From Sminthopsis crassicaudata (Eukaryota): 64,000 nucleotides of DNA. The position numbers and the translations under genes are program-made. Numbering within the stretch: position 1 is the first letter of the stretch; every line of letters begins with the position of its first letter. This document shows positions 26,301-39,600 of this stretch, in pieces. The stretch is from contig NC_133621.1 of NCBI RefSeq assembly GCF_048593235.1, positions 300,523,146 through 300,587,145 of the forward strand, in the 5' to 3' direction. The notes below the pieces were generated by a model. It was not told the DNA's origin. It was given only the letters and a program-made list of their open reading frames with translations, and ran no database searches.

Positions 26301-27759
26301 TGATGGAAAGGGAAAAGGAAAAGAAAGAAGAAGCTGTACTGTCCATCTGAAAGGGACAACTTGTTCTACTATAAGGTTGTACTTTGTTCTTTGTTCTCAA
26401 AGTGGATCATGGTATCAAGAAGGTGATGCCAGGATTTGCAAGTGAATTGGATGGAAGGGAAGGAGGCAGTACAAGGTCACCCACCTCACTTTCTCTTCCA
26501 GAGACCTTTGGACTCAGCAGAAAGATACAGATCAGAACACCTAGAGGTAGCCTGGATGCCTTGCCTGGCCTTCCCTTTCTTTTCCTTTCTTCCTCTTCCT
26601 CTGTTCATGTAGAGTACAATACTGTCACCCACTGGTACTCTGTCCAAAGTGTCTTGACCACGGAAACTTCTCAAAATGCCCCGGATTTACTGGCCAGATT
26701 TCTTTCCTTGAGACTTTGAACCTTTGAACCCAAATCTTTCTGGCTCTCATTGACTGGCCAACAAGCCCTCCTCAGTCATGGTATGGGCCCTGATGACTCA
26801 GAGTAAGTGTTAATAGCAACCATTTCTGGTTTGGGCCAGGAACCAGAGATACTTCTCTTCCCAGATTGATTTTTTTTTGACCAAGTAGAAGTGGCCATTC
26901 TTTGTCCCTTCTCTAATCTAGCCTTAATCACTGAATGAGTGCTGCCAAAGTGAGATCTGGAAAGACTTTAGCTTCAAAAGGCCAAGGTCTCCACATCTCC
27001 AATTGTCCTGGAGGTGAGAGTGGAAGAGTACAGGCAGGAGACAGGCCTGAGGCATTATGGACAGAACCTGTTAACTCATCATGTCATGAACCATTTTTTT
27101 TCTTTGTGAGATTACATTACAACAGGAGAGAATACATGAAAGGAGGGAAGGGGAGCAGGAAAATAGAAAAACGTGACGTTGCTGGGTTAAATCTAGAGTT
27201 ATCAATGAGGGAAAGGTGAATCCTATGGTCTCAGAAAGAGACGAGCACAGTGGAAGGGGTTTGAAAAAGGAACAATGAGGCCTTCCTTTGGTGATAAAAG
27301 GGTATTCTATTTATGAGAGATTTGTCTGTGAAGGGCAATAGGAACCTTATGCTGGGTATGGCTTAAAAACTGGGTGCTTTAAAAGTCTACTTATCTTACT
27401 TTGGGAGGGGAAGTTGGAATTCCTTGAGTCAAATAGCATCTAAGAGAGTACAAAAACACAGAACCAGAAGGGAAGTGAATAGATGTGGGGGGTGGAATGG
27501 AGAGATAAGCAGGAAATGGTAGATTTACCACTGATATCTGGCCTTTTTCTGGAAATGAGGCATACTGAGAAATTGGAAATGTTGTGGCACAAACCATCTA
27601 GAAGTGTGAATCTAGAATGGATGGATATCTTGGAAGTTTTTATTGCAAGAGGATACAGAATATATAAGAGAAACTAGATAATTATAAGGGTCATGAATCA
27701 GAGAATGAGGTCTGGAGTAGACAGAAAGGATAGATGATGAGATGAGAGAAATCTTTTTT

Positions 27760-30620
27760 GGAAAGGGAAGCAAGAAAAATGAAACTTTAAAAATTAATGC
27801 ACAGAAATAGTTTAAGTGAAGGAAAGGAATGAGGAATCTACCTGACTGAGAGAAAAAAGAGGGGGGAAATATCCAACCAGATAAAAGCAGGAGAGAAAAA
27901 GGAACTAATAAACAAAACCATAAAGGAAAATGATAAAAGGGATCAATGTAAGGAAAAGAGAATCACGGGAATAGGGTCACCTTAAAAAAGATTAAAGTAA
28001 AGCAACTAGAGCTATATAATACTCTGTTTACAAAACAAGAAGGGAAAACCTGGGGGGGGGACAATTTTAGAAACAGATGGAGAAAAATATGAACCTACTA
28101 TAACTTTAAATGTAAATGGATTAAACAATCCAATAAAACAGAAAAAACATGACAGAATGGACAACAAAACAATATCCGGCTATCTGTTACTTATTTATAC
28201 TTACATAGTTAAAAAACAAAGACATATATAAAATAAAACAGGAGATAGAAAAAAAATTACCACACATCAAGTAACTTTTAAAAAAAATGAGTTGCAATCA
28301 TGCTGACAAAGCAAAAACAAACATTCAAAAATGAAAAGGAATAAATAAGGAAACTATGTTATGCTGAAAGGAAAGAAATAACCAGCCAATATCAATAATA
28401 AGCTAATAAAACTATATGCTCCAAGTGCCTTAGCATACAAATTCATAAAGGAAACATTATCTGAGCTACAAATAGACATAGACAGTAATACAAGAGTGAC
28501 AGGAGACTTCAACATCCCTTTCTCAGTTTAGGATAAATCTAACAGAAAGGAGAAGGGGAGAGGAGAAACTAGAGTTAAAAGACTTATGCTATCTTTTAAA
28601 TGGGACAGCAAAAGAATATACATATTTCTTAGCACCACATGGAACTTTTACCAAAAGAGTAGCCATGTTTTAGGGTACAGAGATATTGTAAACACTTGTG
28701 AAAAAGCAGTTAATGCATCTTTTACAAACCATAATAAAATAAAAATAATAATTGGTCAAGGGACCACAAACAAAAGATACAAACCCAAATGGAAACTTAA
28801 TAATGAAATTCTAAATAATGAGTATATCAAAGAACAAATAATAGAAACAGTAACTATTGTAAAAGAAAATGATAATGATGAAACAACATACCAAAATTCT
28901 CTGGAATGCAGTTAAAGTAGTCCTCAGGGGAAAAATCATATCCTTATAAACATATATTAACAAAATAGAAAAAGAATTAATGAATTGACTATGCATTTTT
29001 AAAATTAGAAAGCCAAAAGATAAACAAATCTAAAATGGTCCAAAAGAGAAGATATTAAAAATTGGAGATAAAATAGATAAAATGAAAATAAAAATCATAG
29101 AAATGAAAAATAAAACTAATAATTGGTTCTTTGAAAAATCCAATAAAATTGATAAGCTTTTTGCTAATGTGATTTAAATGAGAGCAAAAAATCAAATAAG
29201 TAAAATAGCAAATAAGATGAAATCACAGCAAAATCAGAATAAATAATAAAGTAACATAATATGCACAGATAAGGACTAAGAAAACTGAGAACATAAAATA
29301 AATATAAATATACCCTAATAATGTAAAATACTCAAGCTATCAGAAATCTGGTTAGAGATCTTATTTAAAAAAAAAAAAACAATCTCAGAAAAGGAAATAG
29401 TTATTTTAAAAAAACTACTAAAAGAAAAAAATGCCTGATCCTCATAAGATTCCCAGGAGAATTCTGTCAAACTTTTAGATGATAGTTAATACTCATACTT
29501 CACAAATTATTCTCAAAAAATTGAAAAAGAAAACATCCTATCAGAATCTTTTTAGGAGACAAATGTAGTCCTAATACTTAAACAAGAGAAATATAAAACC
29601 CAGAAAGAAAACTACAAAACAATACATTAAAGTTAATTTTTTAAAAATCTAAAGAAAATTCTATCAAACATAACTTTTCTAATATCATAAAAAGCATCTA
29701 TATAAGACCAAAAGTGTTATATACAAGGAGAATACACTAGAACTTTTTCTAATAAATATGGGAAGAAATCTTTTATTATGATAATGTGTTATTCATAACA
29801 GTAATGCAAGGATGGTTCAACATTAGGAAAAATATAGGCATAAAGGGACTTTTAAAATCTCATCAAAAGTATCTAGATAAAGCCAAGAGCAAGCATCATA
29901 CACAATGAAAATAAACTAAAACTTTTACCAATAAATATGGGAATGAAGCAAGGCTGGACATTCTCTCTCCTATTATTTGATATAGTTCTAGAAATGTAAG
30001 CAATAACAACAAGATATTAGAAATAAGAAAGAAATCAAAGATATAAAGATAAGTAAAAAGGAGATAAAACTATCCTCACTTGATGACTTTATAGTTTCCA
30101 AGCATGATAATACTTGGAAAATCCTTGGGAATTGACAAAAATACTGGAAAGTTCTCTGGCAAAATCCAAGGATACAAACTAAATCCTCAAAAATCAACAG
30201 CATTTCTACATAATCATAAGACATCACAGAAAACAGTAATAGGAAGGTAAACCTTATTCCAGGTAACTACAAAATGCATAAAATATCTGGGGATCAATAC
30301 CCCATGCACACATGGGGTGTGCACACAAAAGACTTATTACAAGTACCATCTTAAAAACAATTTAAGTACCTGAAGAGAATATTCAGTGTTCATGGCTAGG
30401 CCATAATTAAAATGATAATTATTACAAATATTAATTTACAGTTTTCATGCTTTATCAAATTCCCAAGAGGATATTTTATCAAACTTAATAAAATAATTAA
30501 CAAAATTCATTTTAAAAAAAGGTCTAGGATATCGAGGAAAATGGTGAAAAGAAATAGAGATGAAAGGGAAAATAGTACTTCTATACCTCTATTATAAAAT
30601 AGCAGTCATCAAAAATATCA
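27760..30620 (+). mobile_element. Old L1 ORF2 (endonuclease to RT) fragments, internally rearranged
   Basis: taaatgtaaatggattaaacaatccaataaaa (endonuclease N-terminus), aactatatgctccaag (IYAP), gtgacaggagacttcaacatccc (GDFN) and ORF 28586..28915 KWKLNNEILNNEYIKEQIIET. Confidence 0.85.
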
Positions 30621-30654
30621 AAGCTTAATAAATAATAAAGGATAACTGCCTAGA

Positions 30655-31960
30655 TTGTTTAGCTCCAGAGGATAAAATAGAAATTGAAAGAATTCAATGA
30701 CCACCTCCTGAAAGAAGATCCAAAATGAAAATTCTCAAGAATATTATAACCAAATTCCAACACTCCCTGGTCAAAGAGAAAATACTTCAAGTAGCCAAAA
30801 AGAAACAATTCAGATGTTGTGGAGCAAGATTCAGCATCACACAAGATTTAGCTGTTTCCACATGAAAGGAGGGGACAGCTTGGAATATGATAATCCAAGA
30901 GACAAAGGGAGTTAAGAGTTACAATCCAAAATCCCCTATCCAGTAAAACTGGATTTAAGGGGGAAATGGATATTTAATGAAATTTAATGAAATAAAGGAC
31001 TTTTAAGCATTCCTGATGAAAAGACCAGAACTGAATAGAAAATCTGAAGTTCAAAGAGACTCAAGAAAAATATTAAAAAGTAAATAAGAATGAGTAATCA
31101 TAAATGACTCAATAAGGTTAAAACTATTAACATTCCCATATGCAAAGATGACACTTGTAACTCCTAGGAACTTTATTATTAAGATAGTTAAAAGGCATTT
31201 ACATAGACAGAAGATATGGGTATGTAATCAGTTGTATTGAAATGACCTCCCCAATAAATTAAGGAGTGAAAAAGAGGGAGGCAATAGGAGGAAGTGAAAA
31301 GGAGAGAGAAAATGGAGAAAATTTTCCCATATAAAAAAGGTGTGCAAGAAGGAGCTTTTACAATGGAGAGAGAAATAGGGGAATGTCAGGCAATTGGTTC
31401 AAAGAAGAAATATGCATAGAAATTCAGTTGTGTATGGAAATGTAACTTATCCAATAGAGAAAGAGAAGGGAAAGAGGATAAGAGAAAAAAAGGAAGGAGG
31501 ATGATAAAGGGCAGTTGGATTAAGGGTGGCAGTGGTCAAACTCAAAATAGACTTTTGAGAAGAGATAGGATAAAAAGAGAGAAAAAGAAACAGAAGATAA
31601 TGAGATGGAGGGAAATATATAGTATCATAACTGTGAATGGGATGAATTCACCCATAAAACAGAAACAGATAGAATAATGGATAATAATGGACTAGAATCC
31701 AACAATATATTGTTTACAAGAAACACACTTGAAACAGAAAGACACGTACAGATGAAAGAGCTGGAGCAGAATTTAAGATGCTTCAACTGAAATAAAAAAG
31801 GCAGGTGTCAATCATAATCTCAGACAAAGCAAAAGCAAAAAATAGGCCTAATTTTTAAAAAGCTAAAAGGTATAGACAATAAAACAAATCAAAAAACTTT
31901 ATATCAAGTTTTTCTGATAAATATTTCATTTCTCAAATATAAACTGAGTATAAAACAAAC
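30655..31960 (+). mobile_element. L1 ORF1 end, inter-ORF region and ORF2 start fragment
   Basis: aaattccaacactccctggtcaaagagaaaatacttcaagtagcc (ORF1), purine-rich spacer, then gtgaatgggatgaattcacccataaaacagaa (ORF2 start). Confidence 0.8.
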
Positions 31961-32009
31961 AGGCAGTTTTCAAAAGAAAAAGTCAACATGATATATAATC
32001 ATGTAATAT

Positions 32010-32225
32010 GTGGCATAGTGAATAGAGCAGAAGGACCTGAGTTCAAATTTGACCTAGATACTTACTAGCTGTGTGACCCTGGGCAAGACACTTAACCCTG
32101 TTTGCCTCAATTCCCCAACTGTAGATTAAGCTGGAGAAGGAAATGGCAAATCACTCCAATGTCTTTGGCAAGAAACCCCAAATGGGCTCATGAAGTGTGG
32201 AACATAACCTGAAATAACTCAAACA
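32010..32225 (+). mobile_element. Mar1-type CORE-SINE (CORE plus RTE-derived 3' tail)
   Basis: gagttcaaat B box, tgtgtgaccctgggcaag core, ggagaaggaaatggcaaatcactccaatgtctttg RTE-like tail ending in caa repeats. Confidence 0.85.
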
Positions 32226-32229
32226 ATAA

Positions 32230-33030
32230 CAATCATATGAAAAAAATTATGTAAATCATTTTTGATTTCTACTTCACACCTATAAGAAATGGCAAATGCT
32301 GGAAAGGATAAGGAAAAAATGGCATACTAATGAATTGCAAGAAATAAACTGGTCCAACCATTCTGAAAATCAATTTGGAACTATGCCAAAAAAGCCATAA
32401 AACTATGCATGCACTTTGACCTCTACCAGATCTCTATCCCAAGGACATCAAGGAAAAAGGAAAAGGACCATTATGTACAAAAATATTTATAGCAGCTCTT
32501 TTTGTGGTATTCAAGAATTGGAAGTTGAGGGGATGCTCATCAATTCAAGAATGACTGAACAAATTGTGGCATATGATTATGATGGATTACTACTGTGCTA
32601 TAAGAAATAACAAAGAGAGTGCTTTCAGAAAACCATGGTGCTATCTATATGTACTGATTCAAAGTGAAATGAGAAGGACTGGGAGATCATTCTTTGCAAT
32701 AACCACAATGTTATAATGATGATCAACTATGAAAGATTTAGCTGTTCTGATCATTACAATGATCCAATACAATCCCAAAGGACTCTTGATGAAAAAAAAA
32801 ATGCAAACTGAAGTATAATTTTCTCACTTTCTTTTGCTTGTTTTTTTTAAAAGCATGGCTAATATGAAAATGTCTTACATGATTTCACATGTATAATTGC
32901 TCTCATATTGTTTGTCTTCTCAACAGGTGGGTGAGGAGTTGGGAGGAAAGGAGAGAATTTGAAACTCAAAATTTAAATAGAATAGAATGTTTAAAATAAA
33001 TAACATTTTAAAGGATATTAAGGTAAATAA
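32230..33030 (+). mobile_element. L1 ORF2 C-terminus and 3' UTR fragment
   Basis: tggtccaaccattctgaaaatcaatttggaactatgcc and gaaactcaaaatttaaatagaatag...aaaataaataa end. Confidence 0.8.
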
Positions 33031-33814
33031 ATTAAAATTAAAAAGCTTAGTAGAAAGAGAGAGAACAAACAAGAACTAGAAGGTATAGTAATTATATGGC
33101 AATTATAGCATTTTTCAAGAATAAGAAGGCCCTAAACATGGAATGGCAATGGAAAAGGAACAAGTAAATAGGAAGAAATTAAAGAAGGTGAGGGAGCATA
33201 AAAGGAATCATGATTAAAAAAATAAATTCCTGAAGAGGACAAGAGGGTTTGGAATCAAGGACACAAACAGAAGGATTGGTTTTGACAAGAATGTATGAAG
33301 GAAAGAGAGGATAGATGAAGCTGTAGATGGGGTTTGAGGTAAGAACTAAGGGATTTGAGGGAGCTAGAATTAAATGGACACAATTTTCTCAATAAAGCAT
33401 GAATTATGGTTATCTGCTAAAACATAGGGTTTCTTGAATGTGATATTAAGGATTTGAAGAGAATGGAAATGATTCAAAAAAGTTATTGGAGATTTTTTTT
33501 TGAGACTGGATCTCCTCTCCCTCAATTGCCTCTGCTTCCTCACCCCATCTCTCAACTCTTTGGCCTCTTATCAAGGAGAAAGCAGTGATTACCCACCATT
33601 TTATGAAAACAGACCTCTCAAAAATTCTCTTAAGGGCTAAACTTGGTGGCCTTTTTTCCATTCTCATCCTCCTAGTCACTCTCCAAGTTCTGGCATTGCT
33701 GACCACTTCCTCTTACTAGACACATTTTTCCTGGGTTTAAATGGCACATTTCTCCCTGATTCCCTTCCCTGTCTCCTTCCTCTTCTCTGGCTGATCCTTT
33801 CTCAGCCTCCTCTT

Positions 33815-34047
33815 CTGGGTCACTGCAGTGGGGCATTCACAAACCCAATCCCAATACTAATTGGCCCAGAAATTTTGAATTGCTTCATTATTCCAACCTG
33901 AACATTATTTGCCCCTTCCTAGGCAGCCCAGTGGCCTTCCAATCCTGGGAACTCATCACTTTAGTCCCAGATTTAGTGCAGACACCCAATCAATTTTAGC
34001 AGCTCAGACAGCCCCAGGGAGTAAAGACTTGTGCCATCATGCCCAGC
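33815..34047 (-). pseudogene. Degenerate 7SL (SRP) RNA retropseudogene with internal deletion
   Basis: Reverse complement begins GCTGGGCATGATGGCACAAGTCTTTACTCCC (7SL 5' GCCGGGCGCGGTGGCGCGTGCCTGTAGTCCC). It continues ATTGGGTGTCTGCACTAAA, GCTGCCTAGGAAGGGG and TGTGAATGCCCCACTGCA, colinear with the 7SL S domain and 3' part. Confidence 0.85.
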
Positions 34048-34149
34048 TATTGGAGAGATCTTGATAGAGTTCATCATGGAAGGATAAATGTATTTTCATA
34101 CAATAATGAGTAAAACAGGGAGATTATATAACATAAATTGATGGTATAT

Positions 34150-34178
34150 CCAGTCAGAATATGTGTATATGTATTATG

Positions 34179-34209
<31 letters not shown>

Positions 34210-34290
34210 AGTGTAGTGTATATACTTCCAAATATACACATATGTTTATGTACATGCACATATGAATGTGATATAATTATATACACATAT
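34150..34290. repeat. TA/TG-rich low-complexity repeat
   Basis: (TA)n then (TG)n and degenerate TATACA units. Confidence 0.85.
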
Positions 34291-34719
34291 AATCCAGAGT
34301 TGCTGAGGAAGTCTCATGTGTGTGGGGAGTAAGACACTGCATAATTGAACTAGTTAACTATGGAGTCAAGACTGAAAAGGCAAGGAAAAAAATGAGTCCA
34401 AGGTCAAAGTAATGACCTTGGAAAACAGGAAAGATGGAGGGACAGGAGGCTGTAAAGAGAATTAAGTACATTTGGGAAAGTGAGATAGAGGGAGAAATGA
34501 AAAACAAAATTTCAGGTACATCAAAAGAAGTTTCAGACTTGAAAAAGAAATTTAGAAAGCAGACAGAAATAATGAGCTGTCAAAAAATGGAGTATCCATT
34601 TGTACAAAACTTTTGCCTGATGAGTTCTAAGTATTAAGTTTAATAATGCCTGAAATATGCAGCATTCCTCTTTTAGGCAAACTAGTAAATTGAGGAATTG
34701 AGCACTGAAATAACTCCTT

Positions 34720-34720
<1 letters not shown>

Positions 34721-34810
<90 letters not shown>
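34721..34810. repeat. Compound (CA)n(GA)n(GACA)n microsatellite
   Basis: Directly visible. Confidence 0.98.
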
Positions 34811-35724
34811 AATCATTTTCTCTTCTTTACTCCTAACTTAGTAACTCATAACCAGACTAAAGGTTTTGGTGAGCTCTAATTTTATCTGGACCAATTCACA
34901 TCATCTCTATCTGTTGCCATGGAAATGACTGTGGCCAAAAAAATCAACATTACATTCTCATTCTCCAATCAAGTCAAAGAGGAGAAAATGGGCTTCAAGG
35001 GAGGAAATGTGATCTTATGAAAACAAACAGGTTTATTAATCAGCAGATTTTGTAATAAAAATTATCAACAATGTGCAGAAAGAAAACTGATTCATATCTA
35101 AGGGACACAAATTAAAAACCTTTCTTTTGGAGTTAAAATATCATCTTGCCAAGTAGAATCATGGATCCGTCTGCAGGCTTCATTCTGTTAGGAGCATTAG
35201 ATGCTGCTTTTGAAGGTAATTTTCCTTTTCATATGTGAAACAAGAACAAGTTAACAGTTTCTATTTCAAATTGTTTCTTTAAAAAGATGCCTCTAAGTGT
35301 TGCCCTGCCCACCAGACCAAAGAAATGATCCCGTTTAGATTCCTACTCTGTAAAAAGATGCTGGTGAGCCTCCTGTGTTGTAGCTTCCCCCCAGCCTTTC
35401 TGTGGCACATGCAGCATCACTAATTAGATTGCCTGCTTACGTGTGCCAGGTTTCATCAGCTGCTACCAAAGCAGATGACTGAAGAAAGGGCACGCCGGCT
35501 CTCCTCAAATGCCACTGACATTAACAAGAGATGATCGTGGGCGCGCCAACAGAATGCTGCTGTGATGCCATGAGCTGCAGAAAAGGGGGCAGTCAGACTT
35601 CTAACCTTCTTTCCAAGAAAAGGAGGCATCATTTTTGGAAAATGGTTTAGGACATTGAACAGATACAAAATCAATTCAAGTAGGTTGCTGTGCATTCAGA
35701 GAAAGGAGGAGGAGAAAGAAAAAT

Positions 35725-35930
35725 CAGGCTCTATTTTTTCATTTTTCTGTATTTATTCAAGAAGGATTTATTAATGCACATGTTTAACTTATATTGGATT
35801 GCTTGCTGTCTTGGAGAGGGAAGAGAAAGAAATAGAGAAAAATATGGAACAGAAGGTTTTGCAAAGGTGAATGTTGAAAATTATCTTTGCGTGTATTTGG
35901 AAAAAAATAAAATACTATAAAATTTTTTTA
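35725..35930 (+). mobile_element. 5'-truncated dasyurid-type L1 3' end
   Basis: catgtttaacttatattggattgcttgctgtc...gcaaaggtgaatgttgaaaattatctttgcgtgtatttggaaaaaaataaaa; the same motif occurs at 49200-49320 and, inverted, at 55340-55680. Confidence 0.8.
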
Positions 35931-36129
35931 AATACCTTTTGTTTGAAAAAGAAGAAAGATTGATTAAATTCTTAAAATAGTACAGACTCTATATTAGGTG
36001 TTAGGATACAAAGACAGAAAAGTAAAATAGTTTTGCCTTCAAGAAGCTTACATTTATTGAGGGAAAACAATAGGTACTTAGAAAATTAAATACAAAATAA
36101 TTTTAAGAGAGAGTGTGTTAGTAGTAACT

Positions 36130-36290
36130 AGGATCATGGAGTTAAAACCAGAAAGAATCTTAGAGGCCCTTAAGACTAATACCTTCATTTCACAGTTGAG
36201 AAAACCGAGGCACAGAGAGGTCACATAACAAACAGCCAGTGCCTAGGTAGGATTTGAATCCAGGTCTTCCTGATGCTAAGTTTCACCTTC
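36130..36290 (-). mobile_element. MIR fragment
   Basis: cttcatttcacagttgagaaaaccgaggcacagagaggtcaca...ggatttgaatccaggtcttcctga. Confidence 0.8.
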
Positions 36291-37479
36291 CATCCAAGCT
36301 GAGCCTTGTGAAGAAAAGCAGGGATTCTAGGAAACTGAGGTGAGGAACTAGGGGCCCCAGTCAGCCTTGCAAAGCATGGACACCTGTGGTACCACCTGGG
36401 GAAAGACCCACAGGCCAGTGTATTTGGAAGCAGCAAGGCACAGAAAGCCTGCTGAGGTAGAGCAAGGCAGACTATGAGGAGAGCAGATTTATCCTAGAGG
36501 CAAGAGAGAGAAACTGCAGTTTCTGAAGCAAAGGGGCAGCTGGGTCCAAACAGTGCTTCATTTGGTGATGTCTTTTGGCAGTTGTATGGAGGGAAATGGG
36601 AGAAGGGAGAGTCCAGTTGCCAGAGGGACTCTCCCAGACTGGAGAGAATGAGGGTCTGAACCAGGTGGTGGCTGTGGAAGACAATTCTAAATTCACCAAA
36701 CCTCATCTGCATCAAATTAATATGTTAAAAACACAAATCAATATGGTAAAAATAATTCTGTCTAATTACTTTATCAATCCATTTTAAACCTGTATCTCAT
36801 TCAGGCACAAGCTATTACGAAATGAGAACAGACTGACAAAATTTGAACTTACTTTCTCCTAGATTTAATAAATCCAAGAATTAGAAGGGACTTTAAAAAT
36901 TAATGACCTGATTTCCAAAAACTCTCTAAAGCAGCCCCAATGAAAGGTAATCGAATATGCTTGGCAGGGAATTCCTGAATACCTTTCAGGAAATCCTCTG
37001 GGTTGTTCAATAGCTCTAATTGTTAATGCTATTCTCTCTTTTCACTTTTTATTCTGGGGTCCTAGTTCTCCCCTCTGGAGACAGACTGAATTCAGTTCAG
37101 CTAATCCACCTGTGGTACACATTGTGAAGGAGCTATTGATACATAAGATAAAATAAAATGGAGTGTCTGACCTCAAGGAACATGTCATTTATTAGGGGAA
37201 GAAAGGAATGAAAATGAAGTGTTTTTACAAATAATTATAATACAAATTAAATATGATATAATTTAAGGGTACAACTTTCTCTCTTACAGATGGATATGGG
37301 TTCAGTCTTATGGAACTTTTTAATGGCAATACTCTCAATAGCTTATTTTGCCCTCATTCAAGTAGTCAAGCTAATTTGGCTCCCTTCTAGGATACCTGAA
37401 TTGGCAAAATTCTGCCACCAGGTCATTCTCCCTTCTGAGAATGCAACATGAGTAGCTGAGAATGGGAGACGCTATCTTC

Positions 37480-39600
37480 TGTCCACCTCCTGCCCTTAAC
37501 ATTCACCAATGCATCCTCAGGCACCCTAATTTCTCATTTTTCAGCATCCTCAGATCCGAAAATGTATCTCTTAACTCTACGTAGGCCACACAAAAGGTTG
37601 GCACACTCTGGATTTCACCATTACTCACAAGTATTTGACTTCCATAATTAAAAATTATGACATTCAGCCATCTGACCATCCACCTCCTTTTATGTTAACT
37701 CCTCCTAAAAATTTTTTTTTCTTCCCCATCATCATGACCTTCAATATCCCCAACCTTCAATACTTTCCCAAGCCATTACCTATGCTATGATTTTGCTTTT
37801 CTCCATTAACACTATTACCAATGCAATTCTACACTGAGCTCTACTCTGGAATCCCTTTCCCTTTTTAGCACCAATCACCCTTTGCCAAATCCTATCCCTG
37901 CAAAGTTACATATGCAATTGCCTTGCTGCAGTGAAGACCAGTGGAGGTTGGGTAGTATCAATTTGCCATCAACCCAGCGCAGTTTGGTAGCCATAGTTGG
38001 CCCACAGCCCCAGGCAATGGTTCCCTATCTCACTGTCCACAAAAACTATTCCAAACCTTCTCTTCTCTCAAGTCTCTGGAGACCTCTCAGCTGAGGCCCT
38101 CGTTTCTTAATTCACTGAGAAAATTAAGGTCATTCAACAAGAGCTCCCTTTTCTCTTCTCTTCATTTCACAGTGACTTGACTTCTTTCCCACTCTCTCTT
38201 CCTTTTCTACGGCTAATGCAGTGGCCTTTCTCTAGACCTAACCTGTCTATATATGTTCCTGTGCTTATCACCTCTCAAGTTCACAATCTATGACATCATA
38301 CCCCTTTCTAGTGCTCATTATCTCCCAATCTCCTGGCTCCTTTTTTATTGCTTTCAAGCAATTGTAAGTCTCCTATATCCTTAAAGACACTAGAACTATC
38401 ATCCTCCATTTCCCCTCCTTTTCTCAGCCAAACTTAAAAAAATATACTTCTAAAAACAATGAGTGTTTATACTCATTGCTTGCACTTCCTTTCTTTATTC
38501 ACTCCTTAGCCCTCTATAGTCTGTTTTCTATCTCATCATTGACTAAACAGCTCTCTTCAACATCTCTAATGATCTCTAATTGCCAAATTGGATGATCTTT
38601 TCTCATTCTTGATCTCTCTGCAGCTAATTATTCTCTCCTTATGCATACTGTCTTTTCTCTGAGTTCTTGTGACACTGCTCTCTCTTCTCCTATTTTCTCA
38701 TTTTCTTTTACTGATTCATCTTAAATATTATATACCTTAACTATGGATATGCCCCAAGTAAAAGTCTGCCTCTTGGATATATGTTCCTTAAGTATAAATA
38801 TAATATATGTGTGTATATGTGCATTGTGTATATATCTGAGTATGTGTATATGTACATATGTGTCATGGGTATGTTCAGCTCCAATATTTCCCTTGAGTTT
38901 CTTTCTCACATCACCAATTACTGAATGCCCCAGAGATGTCAAATATATATATTCAAATTAGAGCTCATTATCTTTTCCCCCAAAGTCACTTCTCTTCCAA
39001 AGCTCCCTGCTTTGTTGAAGGTACCAAGTTTTCAGTCTCCTGGGGGCCATAACCTCAGTATTATCCTCAGCTCCACATGTCCACTATTATTGTTTAGTCA
39101 CTTTTCATTCATGTCCCACTCTGTAACTTCATTTGGGGTTTTCTAGGCAAAGATACTGACATATACTGGTTTGTCATTCCCTTCATTACCTCATTTTATA
39201 GATGAGGAAACGGAGGCAAACAGGGTGAAGTGATTTGCTCAGGAAGTGTCTAAGACTGATCTGAACTCAGGATGGATCCTCCTGCCTCCAGGCCTAGTTG
39301 TCCCTATCAGTTGCTAAATCTCGCCATTTCTACTGCCCACTCCACCGCCCCCCAATATTTCTGGACCTTTCTCTTCCATAACACAGTCACTACTTTAGCC
39401 TAGAACCTCATTATCTCCTGCCAAGATTATTGCAGTCTTCCCAGCCTCAAAATCTTTCCCCCTCTAATCTATCCTCCATACAGCTACCAAATAAGGGCAG
39501 ATCTGACCATGTCACTCCCCTACTCAATAAACCCTGGAAGCTCCCTATTATCCTTAGGATAATATATAACTCTCTTTTTAAAGCCCTTTAAAATCTGAAA
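37480..39600 (+). mobile_element. Long L2 LINE RT fragment (interrupted by a TA/TG repeat and a Mar1 SINE)
   Basis: aaactattccaaaccttctcttctct, ttcactgagaaaattaaggtcattcaacaagagctccc, aattgccaaattggatg and cagatctgaccatgtcactcccctactcaataaacc. Confidence 0.8.
39130..39300 (-). mobile_element. Mar1-type CORE-SINE
   Basis: ggggttttctaggcaaagatactg...tggtttgtcattcccttc...atagatgaggaaacggaggcaaacagggtgaagtgatttgctcagg. Confidence 0.85.
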
